From Strigamia acuminata (taxonomy: Eukaryota), in NCBI GenBank assembly GCA_949358305.1, contig OX442314.1:19158001-19222000 (forward strand): DNA of 64,000 bases. Direction: 5' to 3'. Both the position numbers and the translations under genes were made by a program. Positions 46,666 to 58,234 of the stretch are shown here, piece after piece (the first letter of the stretch is position 1; each line of letters opens with the position of its first letter). The notes beneath the pieces were generated by a model, which saw nothing but the letters and a program-made list of their open reading frames with translations, ran no database searches and was not told where the DNA came from.

Positions 46666-49392
46666 ATGGCACTACGTAAAACATGGGGACCATTAGACCC
46701 CGCTTGCATCGCTCGTGGCGGGATATTTCGAGGCGCGCTGCCCGAATTTTACCGACGATGTTTCGGCGAGGACGCCGACCCTTGGCGCCTGCGAATACTA
46801 CATTCCCGATGCATCGCCCGACGTTGGGTACGAGACTGTACGCTCCTGGACACGTTCCCGGAGGGGATGCGCGAAGGCATCGCCACAGAGTTAGCTCGTG
46901 ACGAGGACCCGAAATCGCCAATTTTCCACCCCGGATTGTCAAGTCAGTACACTGGCACTCCGGCGGAGGAACACGTGCTGCATGCGTGGCGAGCAGCCGA
47001 GACAGAAGAGGCCCGTGAGGCCATCTATCAGCAGTATAGACAACAGCTGGTGGATACCGCTGCGGCAGTGGCCGAGCGCATCCTCCAAAACGAGGGGATG
47101 ACCGCGGATGATATTCATCTGTGGTTTGAGAGGCTGCGATTGGGAGAGAGTACGCCCCAGTGGAGACCTCGGATGGGAATTTTAACGTCCCAGGCCGAGA
47201 TGTGGCAGCTCCACCACCTGGGGATTTTGGGGCCCAAAAGCAGCTACCCGCGGAAGCGCAAGCGCTCCAAAGGCGCCGGGAACAGCCAGTCGCGTTCCCC
47301 GGTGACAACCAAGAAGCAGCGTGTCGCTCAAAACACGACTGAAAGCAACGAAGCTGGGCCATCCACTAGTACGGTGCGTGACCCTTCGCAGTATTCACGA
47401 CCGCGAATTTTCGTAAACCGTCAGATTAAGGACGGTAAGGAGTACAAGGAGGTTTGGATGTCTGGTGACGAAGAGCGAGTCTCTCGTCCCAGCACTTCTA
47501 GACGTCCGCTGACTCATCGCGAGCAGCGGAAAAAAGATCGCAAAGAGCGATACTTCGCGAGGTGCGAAGCTCGGGGCCGTCCCATCCCCGAACCCGCCTA
47601 CGTCTCCAAGAGAGCGGGTCGACGAAGTGGTAGCCAGTCAGGTGAGCGAAGCGTCCCAGCGGCAGATGCGCGGGACCTTCGCGAGATTCTGACTCAGATG
47701 AAGCGGACGAAACTGACACGTTTCGATCCCGCGATGAAACACGCCAGGAAGATGGGTGTTGTCACCAACGGAAAGGTGACCCCACACGAGGTGGCAAGGT
47801 GGCTCGCAGACTACATAAATTCGCGACCGCGACCCGATGGCATGCCAACCGCCATCGTGCAGCCTTCGAGCTCCGAACAACATCTCCCGGCGCCCCAAGT
47901 CGCAATGACTGGGGTGCAGACGACGGAGACGCCACCGCCGCCGACCAAGACGCAGCCGCCTCCGGACCTGCCGCCACCGTCGTTGTTGAATTCGAGCGAT
48001 CCGCCGGATTTACCCACCGACCGCTCAGTCCCTCTCCCCGTTGGACAGAGCATTATGCAGGAATGTCGAGCCAATTTGACCGACATTTACAGGCCGAGCC
48101 GACCCCGACCCGGTTCCTCGGCCCTGTTCTTCGAGAGGCGAGACGAAGAAGCGCGACTCGCGAGAGAAGCCGCCAACCCGACTATCTCCGAGCTCTCAGC
48201 GTTTCGCTTCGTGATGGAAGACCCAAGAGTTTCCGCACCCGCCTTGCGAGGTGTGGATCAAGCCCAGCGATATTTCATCGAATGGGCAACGGCGATGATG
48301 AGTAAGCTCTCGTGTGCCTTCACTGCGGATTCAGAGCGATCGAATCCAGTGAATCGTCGCAGCCTACAGCTATCATTGACCAAGGTCATGATGCAGCTGC
48401 TAACCCCAGCACTCTTCGGAGAAGGGCGTCAGGCGATGGCCGCATGGTCTGTCGTGGACAGAGAGGGTGTACAGGTTCCCCGTGCACTCCTCGCAGAGTG
48501 GAGTTCCATTCTGCCCGACCCTGTGTTGACTCGGTACGAGCTAACCAGGGATGTGGTAAACCCCGAATTCGAGGGGTACAAGTTGCGAAGCACGGCGTTT
48601 CGTTACACCTCCGCCACCTGGACAGCGGCGCCTACCCAACAACTGCGCGCCTTGACCATCCAGACGGAAGAATCGGCAGAGGATGTAGACATGGTGATCT
48701 CGCCGACGAGCGGAGTTCCGATTCCGCCACCGATGCCTGCGGAGATATCCCCGCAAGGACCCGCCCTGTTCGAAGTGGCGGGTAAACCAAAGCGCTTGCT
48801 GTGCCGAACGCCACCCGTCAGGTCCGTCGAGCAAACGAAGCCGACACCGCCCGGGACCTCACCGGCCCGAGCGGCGACATCAACGCAAGCAGTGATTCCC
48901 GCGGCCACCCAGAAGCCGAAGCCGGCACCACCTCCACCAGACTATTATGGGCGAATCATCGACGAGTTTCCCCATCTTTCGATGACGACGGCGACCAGGA
49001 GGTTTATCCTCGCGCAGCGGGACAAAGGCAAATCGGTCTTCATCTGGCTTCACAACCAGATCCGGAAGACTAAAGACCTCATCTTCCACCAGAGGTTGCT
49101 GAGAGCCCACCGTGCGCCAGTGACGCCAGCGGAAGCCAATGCCATCCGGCATACGAACACCGGCTTCTCCGCCTACATCCCGAGCGTTTGGTTACACGAG
49201 AGGACGCGTGCCCCGCATGAGCCAGTTGACGGCCATGCATTATGTTTCATTACGGAGCATGAGGACCCCCGTGATCGGTCCTCGGCGCTAGTAGGCGATC
49301 TACCCGCGCCACCCGGCACTCAACCGCCTGTCCCTGGAGTGAGTTACGCCCAGGTGACGGACTCAGTGTCGGGTCCCCCAGGAAAGAAGTGA
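46666..49392 (+). CDS. E3 ORF3, ~908-aa non-env accessory protein of unknown function
   Basis: Uninterrupted ORF between pol and the PPT; acceptor TTTCTCCATCCTTCCAG abuts the ATG; no signal peptide or TM segment visible; basic and Pro-rich tracts. Confidence 0.88.
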   Translation: MALRKTWGPLDPACIARGGIFRGALPEFYRRCFGEDADPWRLRILHSRCIARRWVRDCTLLDTFPEGMREGIATELARDEDPKSPIFHPGLSSQYTGTPAEEHVLHAWRAAETEEAREAIYQQYRQQLVDTAAAVAERILQNEGMTADDIHLWFERLRLGESTPQWRPRMGILTSQAEMWQLHHLGILGPKSSYPRKRKRSKGAGNSQSRSPVTTKKQRVAQNTTESNEAGPSTSTVRDPSQYSRPRIFVNRQIKDGKEYKEVWMSGDEERVSRPSTSRRPLTHREQRKKDRKERYFARCEARGRPIPEPAYVSKRAGRRSGSQSGERSVPAADARDLREILTQMKRTKLTRFDPAMKHARKMGVVTNGKVTPHEVARWLADYINSRPRPDGMPTAIVQPSSSEQHLPAPQVAMTGVQTTETPPPPTKTQPPPDLPPPSLLNSSDPPDLPTDRSVPLPVGQSIMQECRANLTDIYRPSRPRPGSSALFFERRDEEARLAREAANPTISELSAFRFVMEDPRVSAPALRGVDQAQRYFIEWATAMMSKLSCAFTADSERSNPVNRRSLQLSLTKVMMQLLTPALFGEGRQAMAAWSVVDREGVQVPRALLAEWSSILPDPVLTRYELTRDVVNPEFEGYKLRSTAFRYTSATWTAAPTQQLRALTIQTEESAEDVDMVISPTSGVPIPPPMPAEISPQGPALFEVAGKPKRLLCRTPPVRSVEQTKPTPPGTSPARAATSTQAVIPAATQKPKPAPPPPDYYGRIIDEFPHLSMTTATRRFILAQRDKGKSVFIWLHNQIRKTKDLIFHQRLLRAHRAPVTPAEANAIRHTNTGFSAYIPSVWLHERTRAPHEPVDGHALCFITEHEDPRDRSSALVGDLPAPPGTQPPVPGVSYAQVTDSVSGPPGKK

Positions 49393-49428
49393 TCGCTCAG
49401 CCCCACGGTCTGAGCTCGGAGGGGGAAG

Positions 49429-50444
49429 TGTTGTGACCCGACTGGACCGGGGTCAACGAAGAGTTTCTCTCGTGACCTCGTTTCGGGTGTAAGGGGAGCC
49501 GCAAGCGCGTCTCCCTTCCCTCAGTGCATTGACATCTAGTCAATGGACAGGCGTCTGCCCTGAGGGAGTGGGGATGGCTCGTCCACCCCACCATTGGGTG
49601 ATTCCGGTCACCTGTCAACCCCGCTTTGTGCAAAGGAATGTGCCTTGCACTGAGCGGGCAGAACCAACACAACCATCAAACGAGAAACACACGTAAACCC
49701 GTCGTCCTACAAGATCAGGCCCAAGTAAATATACTGGGATTGACCAAGGACAAAGGACAATTTACCGTGAGTACGTTTGGTCAGTGTCAAACTCCGCAGA
49801 GTAACCTGCGAGATAAGATTACCACACTATTTTAGCACACCAGCTAGAAATAGTAAAAACCACTCCAGTTTAGCGAGTTGTGCAGACAAACGGTCGCACA
49901 AGCCTAAACTGCAGTAAAACCACGACGAGCGTTCCCGCCGCTGTGTGACCGCCGGGAGCCAGAAGAGTCCGCCGCTGTGTGATCGCCGGACACCACACAA
50001 AAACCTAGACAACAGCCCGAAGTAAGCCTTTTAACTAAGCATTCACTCGCGCCCGACCAGCGTGAGCCCGAAGGACCAGCCAGAGACGAGCCGAGGACGC
50101 CATATTGCCACGCCGGCCCAAGACGACACCACGTTGCCACAACGAGGACGCCATCTTGGACACGACCGAGACAACAGACGACCTCGCCGATTCCAGCCAG
50201 CTTTCATCATACCTTTACCTTTCCATTTCCCTTCACCCATTCCGATTTACCTTTTACCTACCTTTCATATATATATATAAGATATATCTGTACATTGTCC
50301 CACAGAATAAATCTATATTATATTTTACCTTTTATATCTGTGTAATCATTTCTTTGGGTAAACCGCTTGAGACAAAGCGGTAGTGAGTTAGTCGAATTAA
50401 GTAATCAACCCACGAGTTAGCGACGGTTAGAGTTGAGCGCGACA
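49429..50444 (+). repeat. E3 3' LTR
   Basis: Direct repeat of 36982-37997. Confidence 0.97.
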
Positions 50445-50448
50445 ATGT

Positions 50449-51400
50449 TTATTATCAACTACAAAATAAATTAGGGTTAAAACACAATTGCCGTCAAAGT
50501 TCGCCTTGCTGAGCAGAACAGTATCGCGCGTGCCCTAAATAACAGTGCGGTGAGAGACGGCACTGGTATTCAGGGGGATATAGCCCGCAGTTCTGCACAA
50601 CAGAATTAATCACCCGAGATACTACTCATAAGTAGACTGCTTTGGCATCATCACCGAAGAGATATAACATTCCCAAACACATAGTGCTACTGGCGGTAAC
50701 TGCATGTTCTGCTTTGGCACCATCAGGTGATGGAGACAATCTCTTGCAGTAACAGTGCTACTGACGGTTACTAAATACTTTGGTATCACACGTGATTCTA
50801 TTGTCCGACCACGAGGATACTTATGCGGGAGGCTTTCTCCTCGGCAAGACCGTTTGACGGAAACATGAATAGTCCGAACTTCGCCTTCAGTTGACGGGGG
50901 TTGCATGGCTCAGCAGAGCCATGCTATGCATGGTCCGGTAGGACCATGCCCTGAGTAAGAAACAGTTATTTGACATGCGGAACATACCAAATAACCAGAA
51001 ATCAAGAACTAACTTAACTTCCTGTTGTCAGGGAGTTTTATACTCGGTGGGATTAGGTTCCACCAATCTCGTATCGCAGGAAGTGGATACGGAGATGCAA
51101 ATTGGGATTATGCTAATCTTTTAGCATAAACCGGAACTGGATAGCGGGGACAGGAAATGGATACACAGAACGGAAACACATTCTGAAAATGGGTTTCGTG
51201 TCGCGTACCCGTGATAAAGCAAGAATACCTGCTTTATCTTATTGAATATTGATAATATAACTTTATATTATCGATTTAGATTACATTTATTCGTAACAAA
51301 CATAATAATATGTTTGTGAACTATTTCTGCGGAGAATAGGAAGTTCGAGGTTGAATTTGCCGCTAGTACTAGTGGCGCCATCTATTGCTAATTTGTCACA
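50449..51400 (-). repeat. E2 5' LTR, distal (promoter-containing) part
   Basis: Resumes the E2 LTR after the E3 TSD; ends GTCACA followed by TSD CTGT. Confidence 0.95.
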
Positions 51401-51988
51401 CTGTGAAACACACTTTGCCACTTTGCCACACTTTGCCCTGATTGGCTTACACTAATGACGTCTTGTAAACGTCGTAACGTTCATACGACGTTCCTAACAA
51501 ATGTCCTCTGGCGGTTAATATCACCAACAAATTCTCCTCGATTCACACTTAATTCATTTAATTATACTTTACATCAAGTAAATCAACATTCTGACTTCGA
51601 TTTCTTTCAATCTACTCTCTCTCATTCGGATATTTCCCTGCATTCTTCTGCTGACCTCCAATCTCCGTAATACCTATCTGTACTTAATTTTTTCTGAGCA
51701 ATTTTCCTCTCGTGGTTCGTTATCTCCTCGTGGCTGGTTTTCTCTTCGTGGTTCGTATTGAATTCGTATTGATTATTTACGTCTCTCGTGGATCGAATCA
51801 CCGCTTTTACCTTTTCTTCCGTTTGCGTCCTCGTCGTATCGCTACTCGTCACTTTTCATTTCTCCGTCGTCTTTTGTTCTCTCGCCGTCTGTTTTTCTTC
51901 CTTTTATCGTCGTTCGATCCCGTATCAATGACGTCTAAATTCGTGTCGTCTTTATTCGTTTTAAATGCTTCGGTATTCGTATTCGGTA

Positions 51989-52406
51989 TTCTTGTCATCC
52001 GAATCGTCGTATTTCGAGTCGACGACGTTACCGATGGTTTTTTTAGTTACAACTATGCGTATCTATTATTAATCAATGGTTGAGATAAGGAATGGTGATC
52101 AAGCAAAAGATTGTAATTTTTGAAAATTAATTTTTAAATTAAATTCGAATTAATTCCCAAACTAACTTCTGGTTGGCAGATTTAACTAAACAAAATGCAG
52201 CTGACTTTTATTACTTTTGTAATGTACAGAAAGTAGAATTTATCGACAACTTTAATCTAAATGTGGTATCACAAATTCTTTCATAACGTAGTTGTAGTTG
52301 TAGTTGTAGACCTAACGTGCGCGAAATTCAAATTTTACTATTTTTGGTCTAAAAAAACCATCGGTAACATCGTCGACTCGAAATACGACGATTCGGATGA
52401 CAAGAA
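51989..52406. repeat. 58-bp inverted repeat pair ~300 bp apart
   Basis: 51989-52046 versus 52349-52406, near-perfect reverse complement. Confidence 0.8.
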
Positions 52407-52806
52407 GCCAAGGTCGAATTTAATTTAATGAAAATAACCCGTGTATGTTCGAAACCAGCGACGACGGGCCTGACAAAACTTTAGAGTTTTAGAAAAATTT
52501 TGTAAAATATAAATAAGAAAGTTTCGCAGAAAATATAAAGGGATTTTTAATCCAGGAGCAAAATTATGTAAAAGTTATATACAGTACTTTGTTGAAGTCC
52601 TAGGATGAGAGACAACAATAAAAACTCAGATGTTATTGTTTTCCTGTAAATTATCAGGGGAGGTGACGGTAACATCACAACTATTAGTATTGGGAGATAA
52701 ATTTGGAAAACCGTACAGGCCATAATTAAATCCCTTTAATTGCACAATAACTTTCCTCCTTCTAAGATTTTAGATTTTTTTGTAGAATTATATCTCCTAA
52801 TTAAAA

Positions 52807-53107
52807 CAAATTGGCAATGTTCATGTCCTACACATTACAACATATTATTTTCACGATATGCTGTGATTGGTCGAGAGATGTATTGAGATACATTAATGAA
52901 AATACTCGGTTCAGTCTATGTTCAGTCTACGTTGCTAAAACAAATAAGGTTAGGTTTGGGGAGAAAAAAAAAGATAAAACCTGGAAAAAACAGTTTTAGA
53001 AAAAGTGCGTTGAGGAAACAAATCGACATCAATAGATCTCAACCAATCACAGCGCGCCAATTAAATAATACTGGTACTTCGTGTCGGATATGAACGTAGC
53101 CACTGCC
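52807..53107. mobile_element. Mutator-like MITE, same family as 25035-25349, opposite orientation and more diverged
   Basis: 9-bp TSD TAATTAAAA (52798-52806 / 53108-53116); end ..TGAACGTAGCCACTGCC. Confidence 0.85.
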
Positions 53108-53310
53108 TAATTAAAATCCTTAATACCGGTAATTAAAATCATTAATTATCCCAAGCAAAGTTTGCGGATCAAGAAGTGAAAGAAAAAAAAATTTATTAAA
53201 AACTTCTGCAGTAAAGTTATCATACAAGGTAAGAGTTTATGGAATTTAGACCCAGTAGATTCTCATCCCAGTGAGAGTCCTAATAATTGTGACAATAATC
53301 TATGATTATA

Positions 53311-54430
53311 CCTAGACTGCCAGGGTGTGATAATTCTATCATCCAATTAATACCATTTTCTTTATTTTTAAAAAATTGTCTTTTACATTCTATAAATAAA
53401 ATAATAATTAATAGTATTGGAGTTGTAACACCAATGAGCACAGCATACCAGCAAACTGGCTCTGTTCAACTTCATTATTCAGGATTGGCAAAAATATATT
53501 TTTCTCTTTATAAACATCCAATTTTCTAGAATCTAGATTAAGAAAGTGAAGAAATATAAGTGATTTATTAAAGTTGTCTAATATTTACCTCGCCATAGTT
53601 CTGCAACCGAAAACCAATCGCATATCGGCAAATAAAATAATCTATCAAGATATAAATGAATGTAGTTTTCCAATGTGCAAGCAATTCAATTGTCTGAATC
53701 CTGATGATTAATTCAATTAAGTTTGATGTACTTGTATAGATTTTGACGGAGTAGATCGTAAAATGGCCACTTATTTACATCTGACACTGAAATTAAACAC
53801 AATTTTTTAAAAATTTAACAGGTAAGAATTTTTTATACATACCGGTACGTCCAAATTGTCCCAACTGAGGCCCAACGATGGAAACAAATGTTTTTATATT
53901 GTGGCTGCGAGAGGACTCTATAATTCCTCTCCCAATTAATGCACCTGTAATTACACATGTTGAATAATGTACGAATAACTTGTTGTGTATTTACCTTGAG
54001 AAATTGCTATCATATGAATTCCTTTAGGGTGTAAGCCACTAATTGATTCTACTGCTTCTCGAAATTTTGTTACTTGGTCCTAAAATGGCGCAAAACTTTT
54101 GACTCCAGCGTACAAATCTATAAATTCAACGTCCGTACCTGGATGAACCTTTTAAAAGAAAAAGAAATTAAAGTAATTATAATTTCTCCGCGGAATATGT
54201 ACTCGGGAACTCTCTTCGCGAATTGTGTCAGTGAAACGATTCAGATTGGATTTAGGATCGAGTAATGCGGGATTAATAACAACAGGTTTATAACCTTTTG
54301 GATTTTGCATTTTTTCTTCTATTGGCGTTCGAGACATATACCGTATATAAACGTGCGATTCCGCAAAAATTATTCGATAAATTACAACGCAAATGAAAAT
54401 CACAGTCGAGATGGCCAAAAACAGAAGAAT
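53311..54430 (-). pseudogene. PPT2: PPT2-like pseudogene, copy 2
   Basis: Near-identical to copy 1; extra 3' exons (DVYKEKNIFLPILNNE; KMVLIG / DDRIITPWQS) carry frameshifts; same TAG at 54080-54082. Confidence 0.88.
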
Positions 54431-54867
54431 CTGAAATATATTTCACACGGTTAATCACAAGATTTAACGAAGTTGAAGATTAGTGAAGTTTACTCCTTTG
54501 GAGTGCAAACCAATAAACCAATAAAAAAATAAATAAATAAATTTTAGGTTAGACAATGGTTAAACAATGCAGGACTACTTTGGTACAATAAACCAGTTAT
54601 TTATTTATTATTAATAGAATTTGTTTTTTTTTTTTGCATTATTTTACGTCACAATGAACTCTTGATTCATCAGCTGATGATGAGAATAACAATCAATATG
54701 CAGATGTAGACGTGTAATAAAGTAGGTGAGAAAAAGATTATTTTTAACCTGTGATTTGAAATAAAAATTAAAAATGAATTTTGCTTGAATAAATCATCTT
54801 GAACAAAATTAGAAGAGCATATTAATAGAATTAATTCTAACGGATTTGTTTTCGATATTTCAGTGGA

Positions 54868-56070
54868 TTATGTACGCCTGAATGGTTTTACGTTTTTCAA
54901 ATGTTTCCTTGTGCGTTCTGACAGCTTGGTTTCCCTGCAACAGCTGTTTTGCTTTTGGAATTGCAGTTCAATATCTTCTTTAAAATACTGGTCATTCGGA
55001 AACCATAATCGAAACTTGCGCAAGTTAGAACCAATGTGGCGAGGGCTAAACACACCTATTGCGTTGTATTATTTATAAAATAAAAAATTAGATTATATTT
55101 CCGAAGTTCAAAGCCAATATTATAGTGACAGATAAAAGTTGAACTTTTTATCACACTGCTCAATATTTCACGACATCACTTCCAAAATGCATTACACACG
55201 TAAAAAATTAAATAAACTAAGTTTTAAATACTGTCTAATTTTTTAATCTTTGCGTCAAGTACAGTATTATTTAGGCTTTATAGCCTAAAATCATTTTTAA
55301 GCAGTCTCTTCATAACTTTCAATCAAAGTAAATTTGATTCCGCCAAGAGCAAACGCATCTGTTAAATTTGCAGGCTGCGACAAAATGAGATTTCATGATA
55401 AAAGTGTGATTAATAATTAAAAACATTTCTAATTTTGCGATAGAATTTATTATTTTTTTTTATACTGTGTAATTTTCTGCGACAGAGGGGGCTGTTCTTG
55501 CGTTATCTCTTGATGGGAATTACTTTCCATTGTGGCATTGTTTAGATCTAGAACTACGCCTAGGACACAGATTAATCTGAGCACACGTCCATCCAGGGCA
55601 ACCGACTCAAACAATATGAATACTTGTATTCTTATATGCAATAAGGGATCAATGTTATTGTCAAAACAGTACAGATTTGAAGCTTGATTACTGACATTAA
55701 TGGCGCTAAGATCTTACAAAAACAAATACTTCTTCCGCACTGTCCATTTTGAAACGATTCCCTAAACTCGGATTCAGTCGATCTAGTGACTTCGCTAATT
55801 GAATTTGATTCATTGCTGACTCATCAATGAACGGACAAGGAAATCGAGCAAATAACAGAAATTCAACACTCAGCCATTTGTAATCTTTTGAAACAATACT
55901 ATACTGTATATTATACGGAGTACAATCAATGTACTTCATTTGTTTTAAAAATTGATTATCAATTTGTATATTCAACGCATTGTAGTTGCCAAGTTGATTG
56001 CTTAGCAACTTATACAGTTAAGCTTCTGGAATAAATGAGTTAACTCCAAATTGTGGTTTGAACAACATCA
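54868..56070 (-). pseudogene. Possible decayed coding sequence, family not identified
   Basis: Several adjacent protein-like minus-strand ORF fragments (55706-56008, 55450-55641, 54868-55053). Confidence 0.25.
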
Positions 56071-56543
56071 TTTATTTTGGTTCGTACAAAGCAAAAAATG
56101 AGTTAAGTTGGACAAATATTTTCTAAATCTAAATGAAAAGAATAAGTAACATAAACTATCCAAACAGTTCAAACACGAAGCAGCAGCAACACGAATCAAA
56201 CGAATCTTCTCGTTATTCCGTTTACCAAGAACAATTCACTCAGGAACTGAAAGTGCAAGACATGGGGCAATGGCAAATGATGGACGATACAGTAGACTCG
56301 TGAGGTCTAACGACAATATCAATCAACCCTAAATCGCCAAAAATCTGACCCAAAATCCGCCTCCGTGCGCAATTTGGAGAAAAGATTTTCCCCTCGCGCG
56401 CAGTTGGAGGCCTGCGGACAAATCGAAGATAACAGATAAAACGTCCAGAGGACGTTCAGCGTATAGTACGAATAGCTTCACGTATATAAAGAATTTGTTG
56501 TCAATACATTTTATTATTCTCGACTGTGCTGTCAAATCTCAAC

Positions 56544-57944
56544 ATGCCTTACAAGAAATCACCGTCGAGCCTAGAAAAATTGTGTTTCGATTTGGTAATC
56601 ACTCGTTATGATGTTATGGAAGATAAATTAAAATTAGCGAATTTACCTGGTAGATTTATTGATGAAATCCGTGAACGTATGCGTCTGCATGAATTCAAGC
56701 AACACGACAAACCTTACATACGAATTATGTCTTCAGACATTTTTGTTAATTCACGCACCAGATCGTTAGGTGATTTCACTTCGTTAGATCTGCCCATGGA
56801 ATCTTTATTGGACAAAATCTGCCAAGTTTGTGAAAAACTTGTAGAATTAAACTTGAATTCTTGGAGAAACAGGTGCGTTAAAATTTCATCCGAATCGTTA
56901 ATCAAACTGGTACAACATTTACCAAAAATTGAACGTTTATCCTTCAAAGCGCAGAAGAATTGTACGGACGAAGTTTTAACGGTGATTTCTAAAAATTGTC
57001 CGCTATTGACACATCTCAACATCGCTTTGACTCCTATTACCAATTGTAGTCTTTGTTTGTTACCAAGTGGGTGCCCTCGACTACAGTTTTTAAATGTCCG
57101 CCATAATGGAGTAATCACACACGAGGAATGTCTTTTCGTTCTAAACCACCTGCCACTTTTAAGAAAGTTTTTATGTCATTTTTGGGAAGTGTTTGTTGTT
57201 CCGAAAAAAGAATTTAATTCAAGCAAGACATTGCCCATTTATTTGATCAACGAAATGGCTATAGAGGATTTAGATTATTCCTCCGAAGATTTCAACAATC
57301 TGATCACTATTTTCCCAAATTTGCGCAAATTATTAGTTTTCCCGACATCAGATAATATTCTGGATTTTAATGTTGTTTTGATGTCGGCACAACGATTAAC
57401 CACTTTATATCTACGTAATGTTGTATTAGTTGATCTGAGACTTGTGGACCACCACTGTCCAAAGCTGGAGAATTTATCATTAAACAGGTGTTCTATTTTA
57501 AACGAACCTGGCAATACAGTTTTGTTTAAGAGCCTACGCGAACTACGTGTAGTTGCAACTGAATTCCCTGAATTACAATTGAAAATGCTTTTGATGCACT
57601 GCATTAATTTAGAAGATTTACAATTTGACGAATGTGCCGTCGTCTCTGACAATTTATTTTCACAACTTTTTGTAGCCAAGGCGCTTCGAAATGTGAAATC
57701 GATATCATTTTCAAAGTGCGACTCAATTACTTTCGGATGTATTGAAAAATTGTTAGAAATGAAAAGTCCGTTAAAAATGTTGATGTGCGATACAATTGAT
57801 ACTTCTGATGGTAGAATTCAAACATACATTCGAAAAGAAAACTTGGATTTGCAGTTTTTGGATTCTGCTGGGATGAAATTGTATCAATTGAAAAAAAAAC
57901 ATTTTGACATCCGCGATTTCATATTGATTCAGGAGGATGTATGA
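56544..57944 (+). CDS. Intronless leucine-rich-repeat protein (FBXL/AMN1-type LRRs) with N-terminal BC-box-like motif
   Basis: 466 aa; SLEKLCFDLV...LPGRFIDEI; repeats such as CPLLTHLNI, CPRLQFLNV, CPKLENLSLNRC, CINLEDLQFDEC. Confidence 0.85.
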   Translation: MPYKKSPSSLEKLCFDLVITRYDVMEDKLKLANLPGRFIDEIRERMRLHEFKQHDKPYIRIMSSDIFVNSRTRSLGDFTSLDLPMESLLDKICQVCEKLVELNLNSWRNRCVKISSESLIKLVQHLPKIERLSFKAQKNCTDEVLTVISKNCPLLTHLNIALTPITNCSLCLLPSGCPRLQFLNVRHNGVITHEECLFVLNHLPLLRKFLCHFWEVFVVPKKEFNSSKTLPIYLINEMAIEDLDYSSEDFNNLITIFPNLRKLLVFPTSDNILDFNVVLMSAQRLTTLYLRNVVLVDLRLVDHHCPKLENLSLNRCSILNEPGNTVLFKSLRELRVVATEFPELQLKMLLMHCINLEDLQFDECAVVSDNLFSQLFVAKALRNVKSISFSKCDSITFGCIEKLLEMKSPLKMLMCDTIDTSDGRIQTYIRKENLDLQFLDSAGMKLYQLKKKHFDIRDFILIQEDV

Positions 57945-58234
57945 TATAATTCTTGAGTGCATAATGGCTTTTGGGTTTAATCTTTTCGTATATTTTGATA
58001 CATGTTTTAATGAAATAAAAACATTTATTTTAAACATTTTAATAATTTGCGATTTGACTTGGCACTACGGTTTCAATTTCCGATGCTAACGCTAGTTTCT
58101 GTTTAGAGGATAGTCCTTTTATTAGACGTAGTTCTATACGTCAAATTATCCAACTTTGATACCATTTACATAAGTTATTTAATTTTAATTTTAAAACTGT
58201 ACTGGTATACTTAAGTATAAATATTTCTTACCGG

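Larger units (their letters stand above)
36982..50444 (+). mobile_element. Ty3/Gypsy LTR retrotransposon E3, apparently intact and very young
   Basis: 1016-bp LTRs (one difference noticed); TSD ATGT (36978-36981 / 50445-50448); uninterrupted gag, pol and ORF3; PPT GGAGGGGGAAG at 49418-49428. Confidence 0.98.
24455..51400 (-). mobile_element. Ty3/Gypsy LTR retrotransposon E2 (related to E1), with E3 nested in its 5' LTR
   Basis: TSD CTGT (24451-24454 / 51401-51404); LTRs 24455-26445 and 36288-36981 + 50449-51400; PBS; PPT; gag, pol, ORF3. Confidence 0.97.

Noticed and set aside
46666..49392. env gene call for the E3 (and E2) third ORF
   Set aside because: No signal peptide, hydrophobic fusion or TM segment, or Cys-rich ectodomain pattern visible
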